Part shown: positions 30,610 through 41,106 of the stretch, in pieces
Position numbering within the stretch: the first letter of the stretch is position 1
Layout of the letters: each line of letters opens with the position of its first letter
NCBI GenBank assembly: GCA_964481345.1
Contig: CAYZTC010000004.1
Location: 5,731-69,730, forward strand
Source: an uncultured Candidatus Saccharibacteria bacterium
GTDB taxonomy: Bacteria > Patescibacteriota > Dojkabacteria > SC72 > JAFGCJ01
Reading direction: 5' to 3'
DNA length: 64,000 nt
The notes under the pieces: generated by a model
Database searches by the model: none
The model's input: the letters and a program-made list of their open reading frames with translations, nothing else
Told to the model about the DNA's origin: nothing
Made by a program: the position numbers and the translations under genes

Positions 30610-31673
30610 AAGTAGTTTCGCTAATAGGAGCAAGACCACAATATATTAAAGAGGCGGCAGTAAACAAGGCACTTAAAAAGGCGAAAATAAAAGAAATCAT
30701 TGTCAATTCTGGTCAGCATTACGACTACAATATGGCGGATGTTTTCTTTAAGACACTGAAAATAACTCCTCCGGACTATAATCTAAAGGTTGGCTCTGGT
30801 CTTCATGGGGAGATGACTGCGAAAATCATAGCTGCTTTTGAAAAACTAATGATGAAGGTCAATCCGGATGTGATCCTTGTTTATGGTGATACAAACACTA
30901 CACTTGCTGGTGCAATAGTTGCTACAAAACTAAAGATTAAGCTTGCTCACGTGGAGGCAGGTATTAGAATGCTTCCAAAAGATATGCCAGAAGAAATTAA
31001 CAGAACTCTGGCAGATCGTGTTTCGAATCTGCTCTTTTGTTGTTCTGAACGTGGTGTTGAAAACCTTAAAAATGAAGGAATGACAGAGGGAGTTTATAAT
31101 ACTGGGGATGTTATGTATGATGTATTCGTTCAGACAAAGAAGAAATTTGATTATTCACTATACGAAGATCTAAAGCTCAAAAATAGAGAATTTGTATTGG
31201 TCACGATTCACAGGGATTACAATGTAGATGATAAGAAGACATTCAAGAAAATTCTTGAAGCGTTAAATGAAGTGGCAAAGAACAAAAGAGTTATATATCC
31301 AATGCATCCTCGAAGCAAAAAAATGGCGAAGAAGTTCGGATTGGAAAAACTATTGAAAAACATTGATATTATGAAACCAATAGACTACTTGAGCCTTATG
31401 GGATTGATGCAACACTGTAGTGGAGTGATTACTGATAGTGGAGGTGTCCAGAGAGAAGCATATTTTTCAAAGAAACCGGCTTATATACTGATGCCTGATC
31501 CTGCCTGGCATGAACTTGTTGAAAAAAAGATGAATTATTTGTGTACTTCTGAGAATCTATGTTCAACAATTAAGAGACCAAGAAAGTATAACTGTATTCC
31601 TAATATTTATGGGAACGGTCATGCGGCGGAAAAAATAGTCAATATATTAAAGAAGGAATGTGTTAAAAGATAA
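30606..31673 (+). CDS. wecB: UDP-N-acetylglucosamine 2-epimerase (non-hydrolysing), WecB/WbpI-like
   Basis: MKVVSLIGARPQYIKEAAVNKAL...VYGDTNTTLAGAIVATKLKIKLAHVEAGIR are the canonical WecB motifs. Confidence 0.85.
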   Translation: MKVVSLIGARPQYIKEAAVNKALKKAKIKEIIVNSGQHYDYNMADVFFKTLKITPPDYNLKVGSGLHGEMTAKIIAAFEKLMMKVNPDVILVYGDTNTTLAGAIVATKLKIKLAHVEAGIRMLPKDMPEEINRTLADRVSNLLFCCSERGVENLKNEGMTEGVYNTGDVMYDVFVQTKKKFDYSLYEDLKLKNREFVLVTIHRDYNVDDKKTFKKILEALNEVAKNKRVIYPMHPRSKKMAKKFGLEKLLKNIDIMKPIDYLSLMGLMQHCSGVITDSGGVQREAYFSKKPAYILMPDPAWHELVEKKMNYLCTSENLCSTIKRPRKYNCIPNIYGNGHAAEKIVNILKKECVKR

Positions 31674-32838
31674 AACTATTCTCTACATTGTCCATAATTA
31701 TAATAGCTTTCAAAAGGATCCTATTGAAGAAGCCGCAAAATATTTTAATAAAGTATATGTATTAGTTAGGTATAAGCCCATTTCTCGGATTGCTAGGTAT
31801 ATTCCATGGAAGTGGTTCAAACAGTTTGATGAATCTTACGTTATTGATCTGAATAATTTACCGAAGAATGTTGAAGTTATCAAAACCCCCTTCTGGTATC
31901 TACCATTTGGGGTATTTAATAAATGGTTAGGAGATTTGCACTATAAGGCGGTGGATAAGGCTATTAAAGAAAATGATATTAAGTTTGATATAGTTCATTC
32001 ACATTATATCTGGTCTTCAGGTTATGTGGGTATGAGATTAAAAGAAAAATATGATGTTCCATTTATAGTTACTGGGCATGGATATGATGTGTATGAGATG
32101 CCATTCGAAAATGACTTTTGGAAGGGAAAAATTACAAGTATCTTAGAAAAATCTGATAGAGTTTTAACAGTTAGTAACTTTAATAAAAGGCATTTGCTCA
32201 AATTAGGTATTAAAGAGAAAAAGATTGCAGTAGTACATAATGGGTTTTCTAGGAAATTATTTACTCCAATGAATAAGTTGTCATCGAGAAAAGAGTTAAA
32301 AATTAGTTCAAAAGGAAAAATCTGTGTTTCTGTTGGGAGCTTAGATATATTCAAAGGACATAGAATTCTGCTGGAGGCAATGGCCATGTTGACTAAGAAG
32401 TATGATGATCTATATTGCTATATTGTTGGATATGGTCCTCAATATGGTAAGTTAATGAGTTTAATTAGAGAACTTAATTTACAAGGGAGGGTATTTCTAG
32501 TAGGAGGAAAGCCTCATGACCAAATAGTGAAGTGGATTGGCATGAGTGATGTTTTTGTGATACCGAGCCTTATAGAAAGTGCATCTGTAGTATTATTGGA
32601 AGCATTAGCTTGCGGGAAGCCGGTGGTTGCAACAAACGTTGGTATCATACCGGACGTGCTTAATGACAATTGTGGGATTATTGCAGAAACCAATGATCCT
32701 ATTGAGTTAGGCAGAAACATAAAAAAAGCATTAAACAGAAATTGGGATTCCAAAATGATAGCAAGGTGTGCTGATAGATTTTCCTGGGAAAATTCGGTAA
32801 AACAAACATTAAGTCTTTATTCTGAGGTTGTTAAATGA
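31660..32838 (+). CDS. glycosyltransferase family 4
   Basis: LEALACGKPVVATNVGIIPDVLNDNCGIIAETNDP. 392 aa. Confidence 0.8.
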   Translation: MLKDKTILYIVHNYNSFQKDPIEEAAKYFNKVYVLVRYKPISRIARYIPWKWFKQFDESYVIDLNNLPKNVEVIKTPFWYLPFGVFNKWLGDLHYKAVDKAIKENDIKFDIVHSHYIWSSGYVGMRLKEKYDVPFIVTGHGYDVYEMPFENDFWKGKITSILEKSDRVLTVSNFNKRHLLKLGIKEKKIAVVHNGFSRKLFTPMNKLSSRKELKISSKGKICVSVGSLDIFKGHRILLEAMAMLTKKYDDLYCYIVGYGPQYGKLMSLIRELNLQGRVFLVGGKPHDQIVKWIGMSDVFVIPSLIESASVVLLEALACGKPVVATNVGIIPDVLNDNCGIIAETNDPIELGRNIKKALNRNWDSKMIARCADRFSWENSVKQTLSLYSEVVK

Positions 32839-34139
32839 TTGCGTATTTTAAAAAAATAATTGAAAAATATGTAACAGACAGTCAATATAAAAAGAATGTT
32901 CTGATAATGATCATTGGTCGGATAGTAGCACAAGCAATTCCCATCCTAGCTACTCCAATATTAACTAGGATATATTCACCGGAAGAATTTGGAATATTTG
33001 CTGTTTCTATGGCAGTTCTTACTATAGTGTCAATGATTTCTAATGGTAGGTATTGTAAAGCTGTGAACTTACCAAAGAATAAAAAGGATGGATTGAAATT
33101 ATTTTTACTAGCAAGTCTTTTCACCATTTTATCGACTTGCATTTTTGGGTTGTTTTTAGTTTTCTGGGGGAAGAATTTCTGGAGATTATTGAATGCAGGG
33201 GAGATTGAAAAATATTACTTATGGGTTGTTCTAAACGTATTATTTGTTGGCTTGTCTGAATCATTATTTTATTATGGGTTAAGGTTAAAGAAGTTTAAAG
33301 TTTTAGTGAGAAATGCTGTTTTACAGTCATTAGTTACAGTTTTTGTCAGAATAGTGATTGGTTTACTTGGGTATACTGGAAATGGCTTGTTGATTTCATA
33401 TTTACTTGGATATGCACTTTCATATTTCTTTCTTTTTATTGAACTACGTATTCTTAACGTTTTGCGGGACATAAAAATTAAGGGTTCAAGATTCATATTT
33501 CTTATCAAGAAATATTCGAATTTTCCCAAATTTTCTCTCTTAGCAAACACTTTATATAGATTTGCATATGATTTACCAAGTGTGATGTTGAATATGTTCT
33601 TTGGCAGTTCCCCTGCTGGCTTTTATTCAATCTCCGAAAAGGTTTTGGGATCACCTCTTTGGTTTGTTACTTCATCAGTGGGTGATGTTTATAAACAAGA
33701 GGCTTCTGAGAGGTATAGAGTGGATGGAAACTTTTATCCGATCTTTATCAAAACAGCAAGAACAATGTTTCATTTCGGTATTATTCCTTTTGTATTAATT
33801 TTTATATCCTCTTATTATTTTATTCCATTATTTTTAGGTGAAGCCTGGAAACCAGTTGGAGGTTATATTAGAATATTTTCATTGATGTATTTTTCACATT
33901 TTATTGTTTTTCCAATTTCTTCGACAATTTACATTATAAATAAGCAAAACTATGCTATATTATTTGAGTTATTTAAATCATTATCAATACTTATAGCTTT
34001 TTTTGTTGGGATAGTAAGGAATGATATTGATTTATCATTAATTTTATGGTCAGGGTTGATTACATTGGTGAATATCGTTCAGTTTTTATTTCTCAAAAGA
34101 TTTGCAAAGAGTTCTAAATATGAAGAGTCTTATAAATAA
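32835..34139 (+). CDS. wzx: Wzx-type oligosaccharide flippase (MOP/PST family), copy 1
   Basis: 434 aa, ~12 TM helices. N-terminus KNVLIMIIGRIVAQAIPILATPILTRIYSPEEFGIFAV is typical of polysaccharide-biosynthesis (Wzx) proteins. Confidence 0.75.
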   Translation: MIAYFKKIIEKYVTDSQYKKNVLIMIIGRIVAQAIPILATPILTRIYSPEEFGIFAVSMAVLTIVSMISNGRYCKAVNLPKNKKDGLKLFLLASLFTILSTCIFGLFLVFWGKNFWRLLNAGEIEKYYLWVVLNVLFVGLSESLFYYGLRLKKFKVLVRNAVLQSLVTVFVRIVIGLLGYTGNGLLISYLLGYALSYFFLFIELRILNVLRDIKIKGSRFIFLIKKYSNFPKFSLLANTLYRFAYDLPSVMLNMFFGSSPAGFYSISEKVLGSPLWFVTSSVGDVYKQEASERYRVDGNFYPIFIKTARTMFHFGIIPFVLIFISSYYFIPLFLGEAWKPVGGYIRIFSLMYFSHFIVFPISSTIYIINKQNYAILFELFKSLSILIAFFVGIVRNDIDLSLILWSGLITLVNIVQFLFLKRFAKSSKYEESYK

Positions 34140-34297
34140 ATTTCGAAGATTGGGTATTGTGTTAGTATGTTATACCTTTGCCCAGCAGACCAAGAAGGTA
34201 TGTTGAATTTAAGATTAATATAAAGTAACAATTATGTTTGTTTGGATCGGATTTATTTGTAAGGCAGTATTGCAGGCGTTAGAAATAATATATTAAA

Positions 34298-34984
34298 TTG
34301 AGAGGCATGAAGTTTTTAGCGGTTATTTTGAGGAATATTTATTATAGATTATTAAATACAATATTACATAAAAGGGATCTAATCTCTGATATTGAGTATG
34401 AAATGAGAAAGATATTCTTAAAGAATTCCCAACAATTTGGGGGAAGATTTTTTTATCAGAGTTATCCTCCTTTAGATATTAGAGGGGAAAGATCAACCCT
34501 GAATCGATACAAAATATATGAATTAGACAAGTTTTTAAATAAGAGATCTACGGTTCTTGATATCGGAGGAAATGTGGGGTTTTTTTCAATATTTATTTCC
34601 GGGAAGGTAAAAAAGGTTGATGTTGTGGAAATAAATGAACCATTAACGGAAATCGGAAAATTTCTTATAGAGAAAGAGGAAATTAATAATGTTGAAATTT
34701 TTACACAAGATATAATGAAGTTAAAAAGTAAAGAGAAATACGATATTGTATTTTCTTTTGCTGTACATCACTGGGTGGGAGTAAGTTTTAAAGAGTATTT
34801 GAAAAAAATTCATGGTTTGCTTAAACCTAATGGACTTTTGCTTTTGGAGAGCCAGGATTTAAAAGTTGATAATATTGGAGATAAAGTAGAATCGATTAAG
34901 GATTTGTATACAGTAGTTAATAAAGGAATAACAGACGATCATATGGGGATGAAAAGAGAATATTTTTATCTCAGGAAAAGGTGA
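34298..34984 (+). CDS. class I SAM-dependent methyltransferase (FkbM-like)
   Basis: Motif I VLDIGGNVGFFS. 228 aa. Confidence 0.65.
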   Translation: MRGMKFLAVILRNIYYRLLNTILHKRDLISDIEYEMRKIFLKNSQQFGGRFFYQSYPPLDIRGERSTLNRYKIYELDKFLNKRSTVLDIGGNVGFFSIFISGKVKKVDVVEINEPLTEIGKFLIEKEEINNVEIFTQDIMKLKSKEKYDIVFSFAVHHWVGVSFKEYLKKIHGLLKPNGLLLLESQDLKVDNIGDKVESIKDLYTVVNKGITDDHMGMKREYFYLRKR

Positions 34985-35754
34985 TAATTAAAAGAAGATT
35001 AAAAGTTTTTCCATTTTTTCGTACCCCTTGTCTTTTTTATGCTGAAAAAGAGGTTCTTGATTCCCAGATGGCTAGTGTTCTTTTCAATAAGATGTTTGGA
35101 AACTCCTGGAAATTTAGGCTGATTAATAATAAAGTCGTTTTGTTTTTATTGGGGGTTGTTTTTCAAAAGTCACTTAGTTTACCCAAGGAGGGAAGATTTC
35201 TCGTGTATCATGGATATGATGCTGATAAGTATTTTGAAATAGATCATAAGCTTGATGTAACTAATGTATATACTTTATTGAAGGATAATAAGTTTGTTAA
35301 AGAAAAATTTTTAGGATATCCGATATTTTATGATGTAAATAGTACAAACTTGAATAACGGAAAGCAGATAGAAAAATTTTTGAAAGAGCATTGGGAAAGA
35401 ATTAAAGTTGAGGGTGAAGAGGTATTGCATGGTGATTTGAATCCATATAATGTCTTACTATCATCCAAGGGATCGATTACTTTTGTAGACAAGAAAGAGG
35501 TTGTTAACAACTCAGTATTGTTTGATCATTTTTATTTTTTTTCTTGTTTACTGAATGTTCTTATTCTTAACGATAACCACTATAGAGATGAAATAGTTGA
35601 AGAATTAACAGAAATATATGAAAATATCTTTGAAAAAGAGAAAAAGGATTTTTTGATCAGTAAAGTTGAAGAAATTGATTTATCTCGGTCTGTTCTGAGA
35701 AATCCTAAGTTCTGCAAAGAGAGATTTGGTCGTCTTATTGAGGAGATCAAATGA
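34981..35754 (+). CDS. protein-kinase-fold phosphotransferase (APH/choline-kinase-like)
   Basis: Catalytic loop LHGDLNPYNVLL (Brenner HGDxxxxN) followed by ITFVD (DFG-equivalent). Confidence 0.45.
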   Translation: MIIKRRLKVFPFFRTPCLFYAEKEVLDSQMASVLFNKMFGNSWKFRLINNKVVLFLLGVVFQKSLSLPKEGRFLVYHGYDADKYFEIDHKLDVTNVYTLLKDNKFVKEKFLGYPIFYDVNSTNLNNGKQIEKFLKEHWERIKVEGEEVLHGDLNPYNVLLSSKGSITFVDKKEVVNNSVLFDHFYFFSCLLNVLILNDNHYRDEIVEELTEIYENIFEKEKKDFLISKVEEIDLSRSVLRNPKFCKERFGRLIEEIK

Positions 35755-37718
35755 GTAAAAAAGTCCCAAATATGAAGAAGCTTATAAGTAAAATTCGAAA
35801 AATAGATGGTATATATCTTTATATATTTCTTTTCTTTGCCTTTCTCGTTGTTTTAAGTCTTTTTCGTAATGCTAGTGGTGATGAGACTATTTATCTGAGA
35901 GAGACCATGATAATTTCTGAGCTTTTGAAGAAGGGTGTTTGGATCGGGAATTATGGTGTAGGTTTACATGGATTTATTTTCAAACTTCCAGTTGCTTTTG
36001 CCTTCATTATTATCGGTCAACCATCTGTTTTTCTTGCAACCTTTTTCACAATATCAATTAGCATTATTTCATTAATACTCTTTAATAAAATAGTCCAAAA
36101 GTTCTTCTTTAAAGGTAAGTATGCATTCTGGGCTACTGTATTATTCTCGGTAACTTTATTCTTTATTAACACATCTTTGAGTTTTAATCGAGATATTCCT
36201 GCAATATTTACCGTACTTCTTTTTGTTTATTTGTTTCTAAAGAAATCTAACAAATGGCTTATTGGATTGATCTTACTACTGATGCTTGATGCAAAGGAAC
36301 ACGTATTTCTTACAGTAGCACCTTTGTATGGGTTGTATGTTGTCATTGAAGGTATTAGTTCACTAAAGGGAAGTGGCTGGAAAAGGACTTTAGGAAGTAT
36401 TTTTGAACACCTATTCGCTGGTTACTATATGTGTTTAATATGGCTTGTTCTTATGTTTGTAACGAGCATTATCCCTATGAATATGTTTTGGGCTTCAATT
36501 TTTGGATTTACTGATGGAAAAGGCAGTTGGGTTGCCTCTCAATTTTCCACAGAGTCTGCAAGCAGTAATCTGATGGATGAAGAAGGGAAAGAGATATTTA
36601 AATTATCAGATTCGTCCATTCTAGGTCCTTATATGCCATGCGAAAATGAAGGAACTACAGAAAAAGAAGATAAAGTAAATGATTTGGAAAATAGTACTGG
36701 GGAAACTGAAACTTCAAATGTTGATTGTAGAGAAAGAAATTTGGTTTGTATGCTTATTACATTTGGTGATACTGTTCTATCTTATGTTGGAAAAGCTTTG
36801 TATCCTCGTACATTTTCTTTCATCTCTATACCAAAGCTAATCATACTACCTGCTCTCGTCATGTCAGTCCGACTATTTGCAGTTTGGTGGAAGAAGAAAG
36901 ATCGGAGATACGTTTTACCTTTAATATTGTTTTTTAACGTACTAATGATTATTTTTAGAGCTTCTCATGGTAGATATCTACTGTGTGTTTCTCCAATTTT
37001 TATGATCTTTTTCGTAATGATTGTTAAAGATGATCTTGAGAATATTAAGAGCTTTAGAAGTGTTCTAATAGCAACTACCGTATTTGTTATTCTAGGACTA
37101 TTCTTTGAATCTACATTTTTAAGACCAAAAATAATACTAGAAACAGTACTGTTGATTTTATTCTGGGTAGTGTGGATTCTTAGAAAGAGTAAGAAGAAGC
37201 TAGGGTATTTTGTAAGGGCTATATTTTTAACGAGTCTAGCATCTGGAATGTTGATGACAGCTTTAGCCTACTCCTATAGTATTGGACAGATATCGAGTTA
37301 CATTAAATATGGACATAATAGAGAAACTAAACAGATTTCAGAGGCTTTTGATAGCAAGGAAATCATTTGGATCAATTCTTACGGATCTGGGGACTTATTA
37401 AGTATGTATAGAATAGACCTTAGTAATGAGCCAGAGTGGCGTTGGGACTTACAAGATTGGATACCGAAGAAGAAGTTATTAAAGGTTTATTCCTTAGGTA
37501 ATACTTACACATCGTATATTTCAGATATGGATAGCTTTATGGAAGGGATTGAGAGTAATAATATAGAAAAAGTTGCATTGATAGTGTCTGCCTTGGAGGA
37601 GGACTATTTCGAAGGAGAGGAGTATCTAACTACTTTCTTTGTTCAAGACTGGTTAGAATATGAAAGAAAGGTAGATCTAAAGAATAAGGTGATGTACATA
37701 TTTAATGTTGAAGATTGA
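35751..37718 (+). CDS. GT-C-fold membrane glycosyltransferase (PMT/ArnT-like), paralog 1
   Basis: ~11 TM helices. First extracytoplasmic loop RNASGDETIYL carries the DE motif of PMT/ArnT-type GT-C enzymes. ~150-aa C-terminal soluble domain. An acidic Ser/Thr/Glu-rich insertion is absent from paralog 2. Confidence 0.55.
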   Translation: MSKKVPNMKKLISKIRKIDGIYLYIFLFFAFLVVLSLFRNASGDETIYLRETMIISELLKKGVWIGNYGVGLHGFIFKLPVAFAFIIIGQPSVFLATFFTISISIISLILFNKIVQKFFFKGKYAFWATVLFSVTLFFINTSLSFNRDIPAIFTVLLFVYLFLKKSNKWLIGLILLLMLDAKEHVFLTVAPLYGLYVVIEGISSLKGSGWKRTLGSIFEHLFAGYYMCLIWLVLMFVTSIIPMNMFWASIFGFTDGKGSWVASQFSTESASSNLMDEEGKEIFKLSDSSILGPYMPCENEGTTEKEDKVNDLENSTGETETSNVDCRERNLVCMLITFGDTVLSYVGKALYPRTFSFISIPKLIILPALVMSVRLFAVWWKKKDRRYVLPLILFFNVLMIIFRASHGRYLLCVSPIFMIFFVMIVKDDLENIKSFRSVLIATTVFVILGLFFESTFLRPKIILETVLLILFWVVWILRKSKKKLGYFVRAIFLTSLASGMLMTALAYSYSIGQISSYIKYGHNRETKQISEAFDSKEIIWINSYGSGDLLSMYRIDLSNEPEWRWDLQDWIPKKKLLKVYSLGNTYTSYISDMDSFMEGIESNNIEKVALIVSALEEDYFEGEEYLTTFFVQDWLEYERKVDLKNKVMYIFNVED

Positions 37719-39570
37719 GAAGTTTTTTAAGAAATCCGTTATTAAAAAATGGTTTCCCGTTGTATTTTATATTTTGTGGTTTTTATTTTTTGTTATTCTT
37801 TCGTTATTTCGGGATGCTAAATTAGATGAAAATATTTATCTTGGGGAAAGTACTGTAATCGCTGATCTACTAAAACAGGGGAAATGGATCGGAAATTATG
37901 GAGTTGGGCTTCACGGATTCATCAGTAAATTATTAGTCGGTACAGTTTTTATCTTCTCCGGACCTTCTGTGTTCATTGCTACCTTATTAAATATTCTAAT
38001 GGGTGTATTCAGTGGAGTAGTTTTCTACCGAATTTTAACCAAACATTTCAGACTCTCAATTTATTTCTCATTATTTGGGGTAACCCTGTTATTTTGTAGT
38101 TATCAATTCATTACATATATACCAACTTTCTATAGGGATATTGGAGTACTACTATGTGTTTTATTAACTATTGATTCTGTTCTCGGCAAAAAAAGTAAAT
38201 GGATAACCGGGATCTTTCTATTGTTGGTACTCGACTCAAAGGAACATGTTTTTTATACTCTTGCACCGGCATTTATAATCTGGATAGCTATTGAGAGTTG
38301 GCAAATGTACAAGGGTACTAGTCTTATAAAGGTTTTAAAGAATTTTATTGTAAGCGGATTTCAACTATTTCTACCATCGCTTATTTATTTAATACTAATG
38401 TTTACTACCGCGGTAATCCCTTTAAATATTTATAATGCAAAAATCTTGGGTCTAATAGATGAAGGGTTTAAAACACTGATTGTAAACTTTGATCCAGCTA
38501 TAGCAACAATAAATAGAGATATTGCAGCAAATCCAGACATCGCAAAAACTATACCTACAGTTACGTACTCTCAAGGTTCACCGGGTTTATTTAGAACTGC
38601 AATAGATAGTGTGAACTTAATATTGTCATACATAGGTAAGATTTCATATCCTAGAACATTTTCTTTTCTTTCTGTACCATTTTTGATTGTCATTCCAAGT
38701 TTATCGACTTGTGTTTTATATTTTCGGAAGTGGTTGAAAAAGAAACAGTATGAAAAGCTTTTGCTTCCAATTTCTCTTTTTATATACTTAATCATATATA
38801 TAGTTCATGCATCAATAAGCAGGTACATTCTTCCAATATCACCACTACTTTTTGTATTCTTTGTGCTCTTTTTAAAAAACATCAATGGGTGGAGTAAAGG
38901 ATATTATAAATTACTTTGGATTACTGTTGGATTTGTGTTTCTTGAGTTGTTCTTTGAATATAGTTTTGTCTGGGTTAAGATAATATTTAGTGTATTAATT
39001 TTGGTTATACTATTTCTAATATTCATAACAAAAAATTCCTGGAGATATTTGCTAACAGTAGGGTTTATAGTCTTAGTCTCCTTTTTTACTCTTGGAACAT
39101 CGATAATTGCGTCATATCAATATGGCCAGATCGGCAGTTATTTAAAATATGGATATAATCGGGAGTGTAAGGAAATCATGAGCCTTGTTGATAAAAATGA
39201 TAACATATGGATAAATGATATAGGTTGGGATAGACTTCCATTTGTATTAAGATCAGAAAATGTTCAAGATCCAGAGTGGAAGTGGAATCTTCAGGAATGG
39301 ATGCCGAAAAATGATATGTTAGTTATCGAGGATAGTTTTCTCACAAATTATTTTTATTGGGAAAGGGAGGCGGGATTAAAAGGTTCTGTCGATAGTAAAA
39401 AGATTGAAAAAATTGTATATATAGATTTAATCAACGATTTTGAGGATGAGAGCCTTCTGATGCAAAATAGAGCGGATATGGTGCTTGATTTTGATTGGCT
39501 TGAGCATGAAAAAAATGTCATAATGAAGAATAAGAAGGTGTATGTATTTAATGTTATTGACAGTAAATAA
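37705..39570 (+). CDS. GT-C-fold membrane glycosyltransferase (PMT/ArnT-like), paralog 2
   Basis: Collinear with 35751..37718: FRDAKLDENIYLGESTVIADLLKQGKWIGNYGVGLHGFI vs FRNASGDETIYLRETMIISELLKKGVWIGNYGVGLHGFI. The C-terminal domains are also conserved. 14-nt overlap with paralog 1. Confidence 0.55.
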   Translation: MLKIEKFFKKSVIKKWFPVVFYILWFLFFVILSLFRDAKLDENIYLGESTVIADLLKQGKWIGNYGVGLHGFISKLLVGTVFIFSGPSVFIATLLNILMGVFSGVVFYRILTKHFRLSIYFSLFGVTLLFCSYQFITYIPTFYRDIGVLLCVLLTIDSVLGKKSKWITGIFLLLVLDSKEHVFYTLAPAFIIWIAIESWQMYKGTSLIKVLKNFIVSGFQLFLPSLIYLILMFTTAVIPLNIYNAKILGLIDEGFKTLIVNFDPAIATINRDIAANPDIAKTIPTVTYSQGSPGLFRTAIDSVNLILSYIGKISYPRTFSFLSVPFLIVIPSLSTCVLYFRKWLKKKQYEKLLLPISLFIYLIIYIVHASISRYILPISPLLFVFFVLFLKNINGWSKGYYKLLWITVGFVFLELFFEYSFVWVKIIFSVLILVILFLIFITKNSWRYLLTVGFIVLVSFFTLGTSIIASYQYGQIGSYLKYGYNRECKEIMSLVDKNDNIWINDIGWDRLPFVLRSENVQDPEWKWNLQEWMPKNDMLVIEDSFLTNYFYWEREAGLKGSVDSKKIEKIVYIDLINDFEDESLLMQNRADMVLDFDWLEHEKNVIMKNKKVYVFNVIDSK

Positions 39571-39755
39571 ATAACATTACAGTATATCGTAGTAAATGAT
39601 ATGAACGAAAATTGCGGTGCTTCCAGGAAGATATAAAATTCTCATCACGAAATTTTGATAGTAAAAGTAAATTAGATCCAATATTAAAGGAAAAATGAAG
39701 TAATGTTGGAATCATTAGAATAGAATAAATTTATTTTATATTACAAAATAATAAT

Positions 39756-40592
39756 ATGGTAGATTTTGATTACGAATCTTATTATAGGAAAAGAGAAGAC
39801 AAAGATACTGAATATACAAGAAAAGCAGGTTATATGAAAGCTTCTCATCTTTTTGATTTCATAAGAGACGAGAAGATTTATGATTCTATTGGAGAAGTAG
39901 GTACAGGTCCAGGAGATGTTTTAAATTATTTTGACAAATTCAGGATAAAGATAGGGATGGATATTTCATTAGAGGGATTACAGAAACAAATAGATAATTA
40001 TTTTAAGAATAAGGTTGAAGCTAAAGATTTGAATATAGATTTCGACAAATTCTATTTAAAAAGAATTTCTAGGGGTGAAATAGAAAGTAATTTTTTAAAA
40101 AGAAAGCCCTTAATAGATGGAAATCTTGCTTTAATTCAAGTTAAACCTGATTCCCCCTTGCCATTCGAAGACAAATCTGTAGATTATCTTATTTTGTGTG
40201 ATATTGTAGAGCATGTTAATAAGCCGATAGAATTTTTGACAGACATGAAAAGAGTTGGTAAGAAACTTTTGATAAAGGTTCCTATTGAAAAGGCCTTGAT
40301 GTGGTTATTAGTGTGTAAGTTGAATGGAATAAAATATGGAGAGAGTCATCCTTCGGGGCATCTGTATTATTGGAATGTGGAAGATGTATTTAATATGTTG
40401 AATAAATCTGGTATAGAGATTATAGACTCAAGATATTTTCCTTATAACATCGAATTTTCACAAAGAAAAACATTTATTAAATCAATCCTTTCTAAGTTAA
40501 TAGGGTTGCTTGATGGTATATTCCCGAATAAATTCTTTTTCTCTAAACTGCTATTAGGTGGAAGCTTATTTATATATGCAAAAGAAAAATAA
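39756..40592 (+). CDS. class I SAM-dependent methyltransferase
   Basis: VGTGPGDV (motif I-like) ... VDYLILCDIVEHV (Methyltransf_11/23-like). Confidence 0.6.
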   Translation: MVDFDYESYYRKREDKDTEYTRKAGYMKASHLFDFIRDEKIYDSIGEVGTGPGDVLNYFDKFRIKIGMDISLEGLQKQIDNYFKNKVEAKDLNIDFDKFYLKRISRGEIESNFLKRKPLIDGNLALIQVKPDSPLPFEDKSVDYLILCDIVEHVNKPIEFLTDMKRVGKKLLIKVPIEKALMWLLVCKLNGIKYGESHPSGHLYYWNVEDVFNMLNKSGIEIIDSRYFPYNIEFSQRKTFIKSILSKLIGLLDGIFPNKFFFSKLLLGGSLFIYAKEK

Positions 40593-41106
40593 AAAGGTTT
40601 ACATATATGATTACTAACTGAGATAGAGTTATGTTTGTTTGGTGGTGATACCTTTGGTTCAGGTAAGGAAGTCACAGTAACTTGTTTTTACTAAGAAAAC
40701 TACAGATTTCCTTCTCAATGGATTCTTTGTAGGACGTGAGTACTTCAACATGAATATTTGAGTTGGAGTTTCTGAAAATGAGATGGAGCAATCCAATTAG
40801 AATTGCTTTATCACTAATGCTATTGTCAGTATAACTGCCGAATATGGTGATTCACCCTTTTGTTGGTGTTAAGTAGCCTGGGGTATTTGGAATTATTTTT
40901 AAATGTTATTTTCTTGATAGTATAAAAACTGAGAAAGTATAATTTTGGGACTTATAACAAATTTAGTTTTATTATATCATTACATGTGTAACATTAAGGA
41001 TTGTTATTACATATTCATAGGTCTAAGAAGGACAGAAAAGTGTATGGTTGATTTATTGTAGGAAAACGCTGTATAACAAGTAATAAATATATTCAAAGCT
41101 TATTAG

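Noticed and set aside
34232-40656. Shared short motifs (14-mer ttatgtttgtttgg at 34232 and 40629; atacctttg at 34172 and 40648) in the spacers next to the two Wzx/methyltransferase modules
   Set aside because: A 64-kb AT-rich window is expected to contain several identical 14-mers by chance. The motifs are not collinear between the two spacers. Not enough support to call a conserved element.
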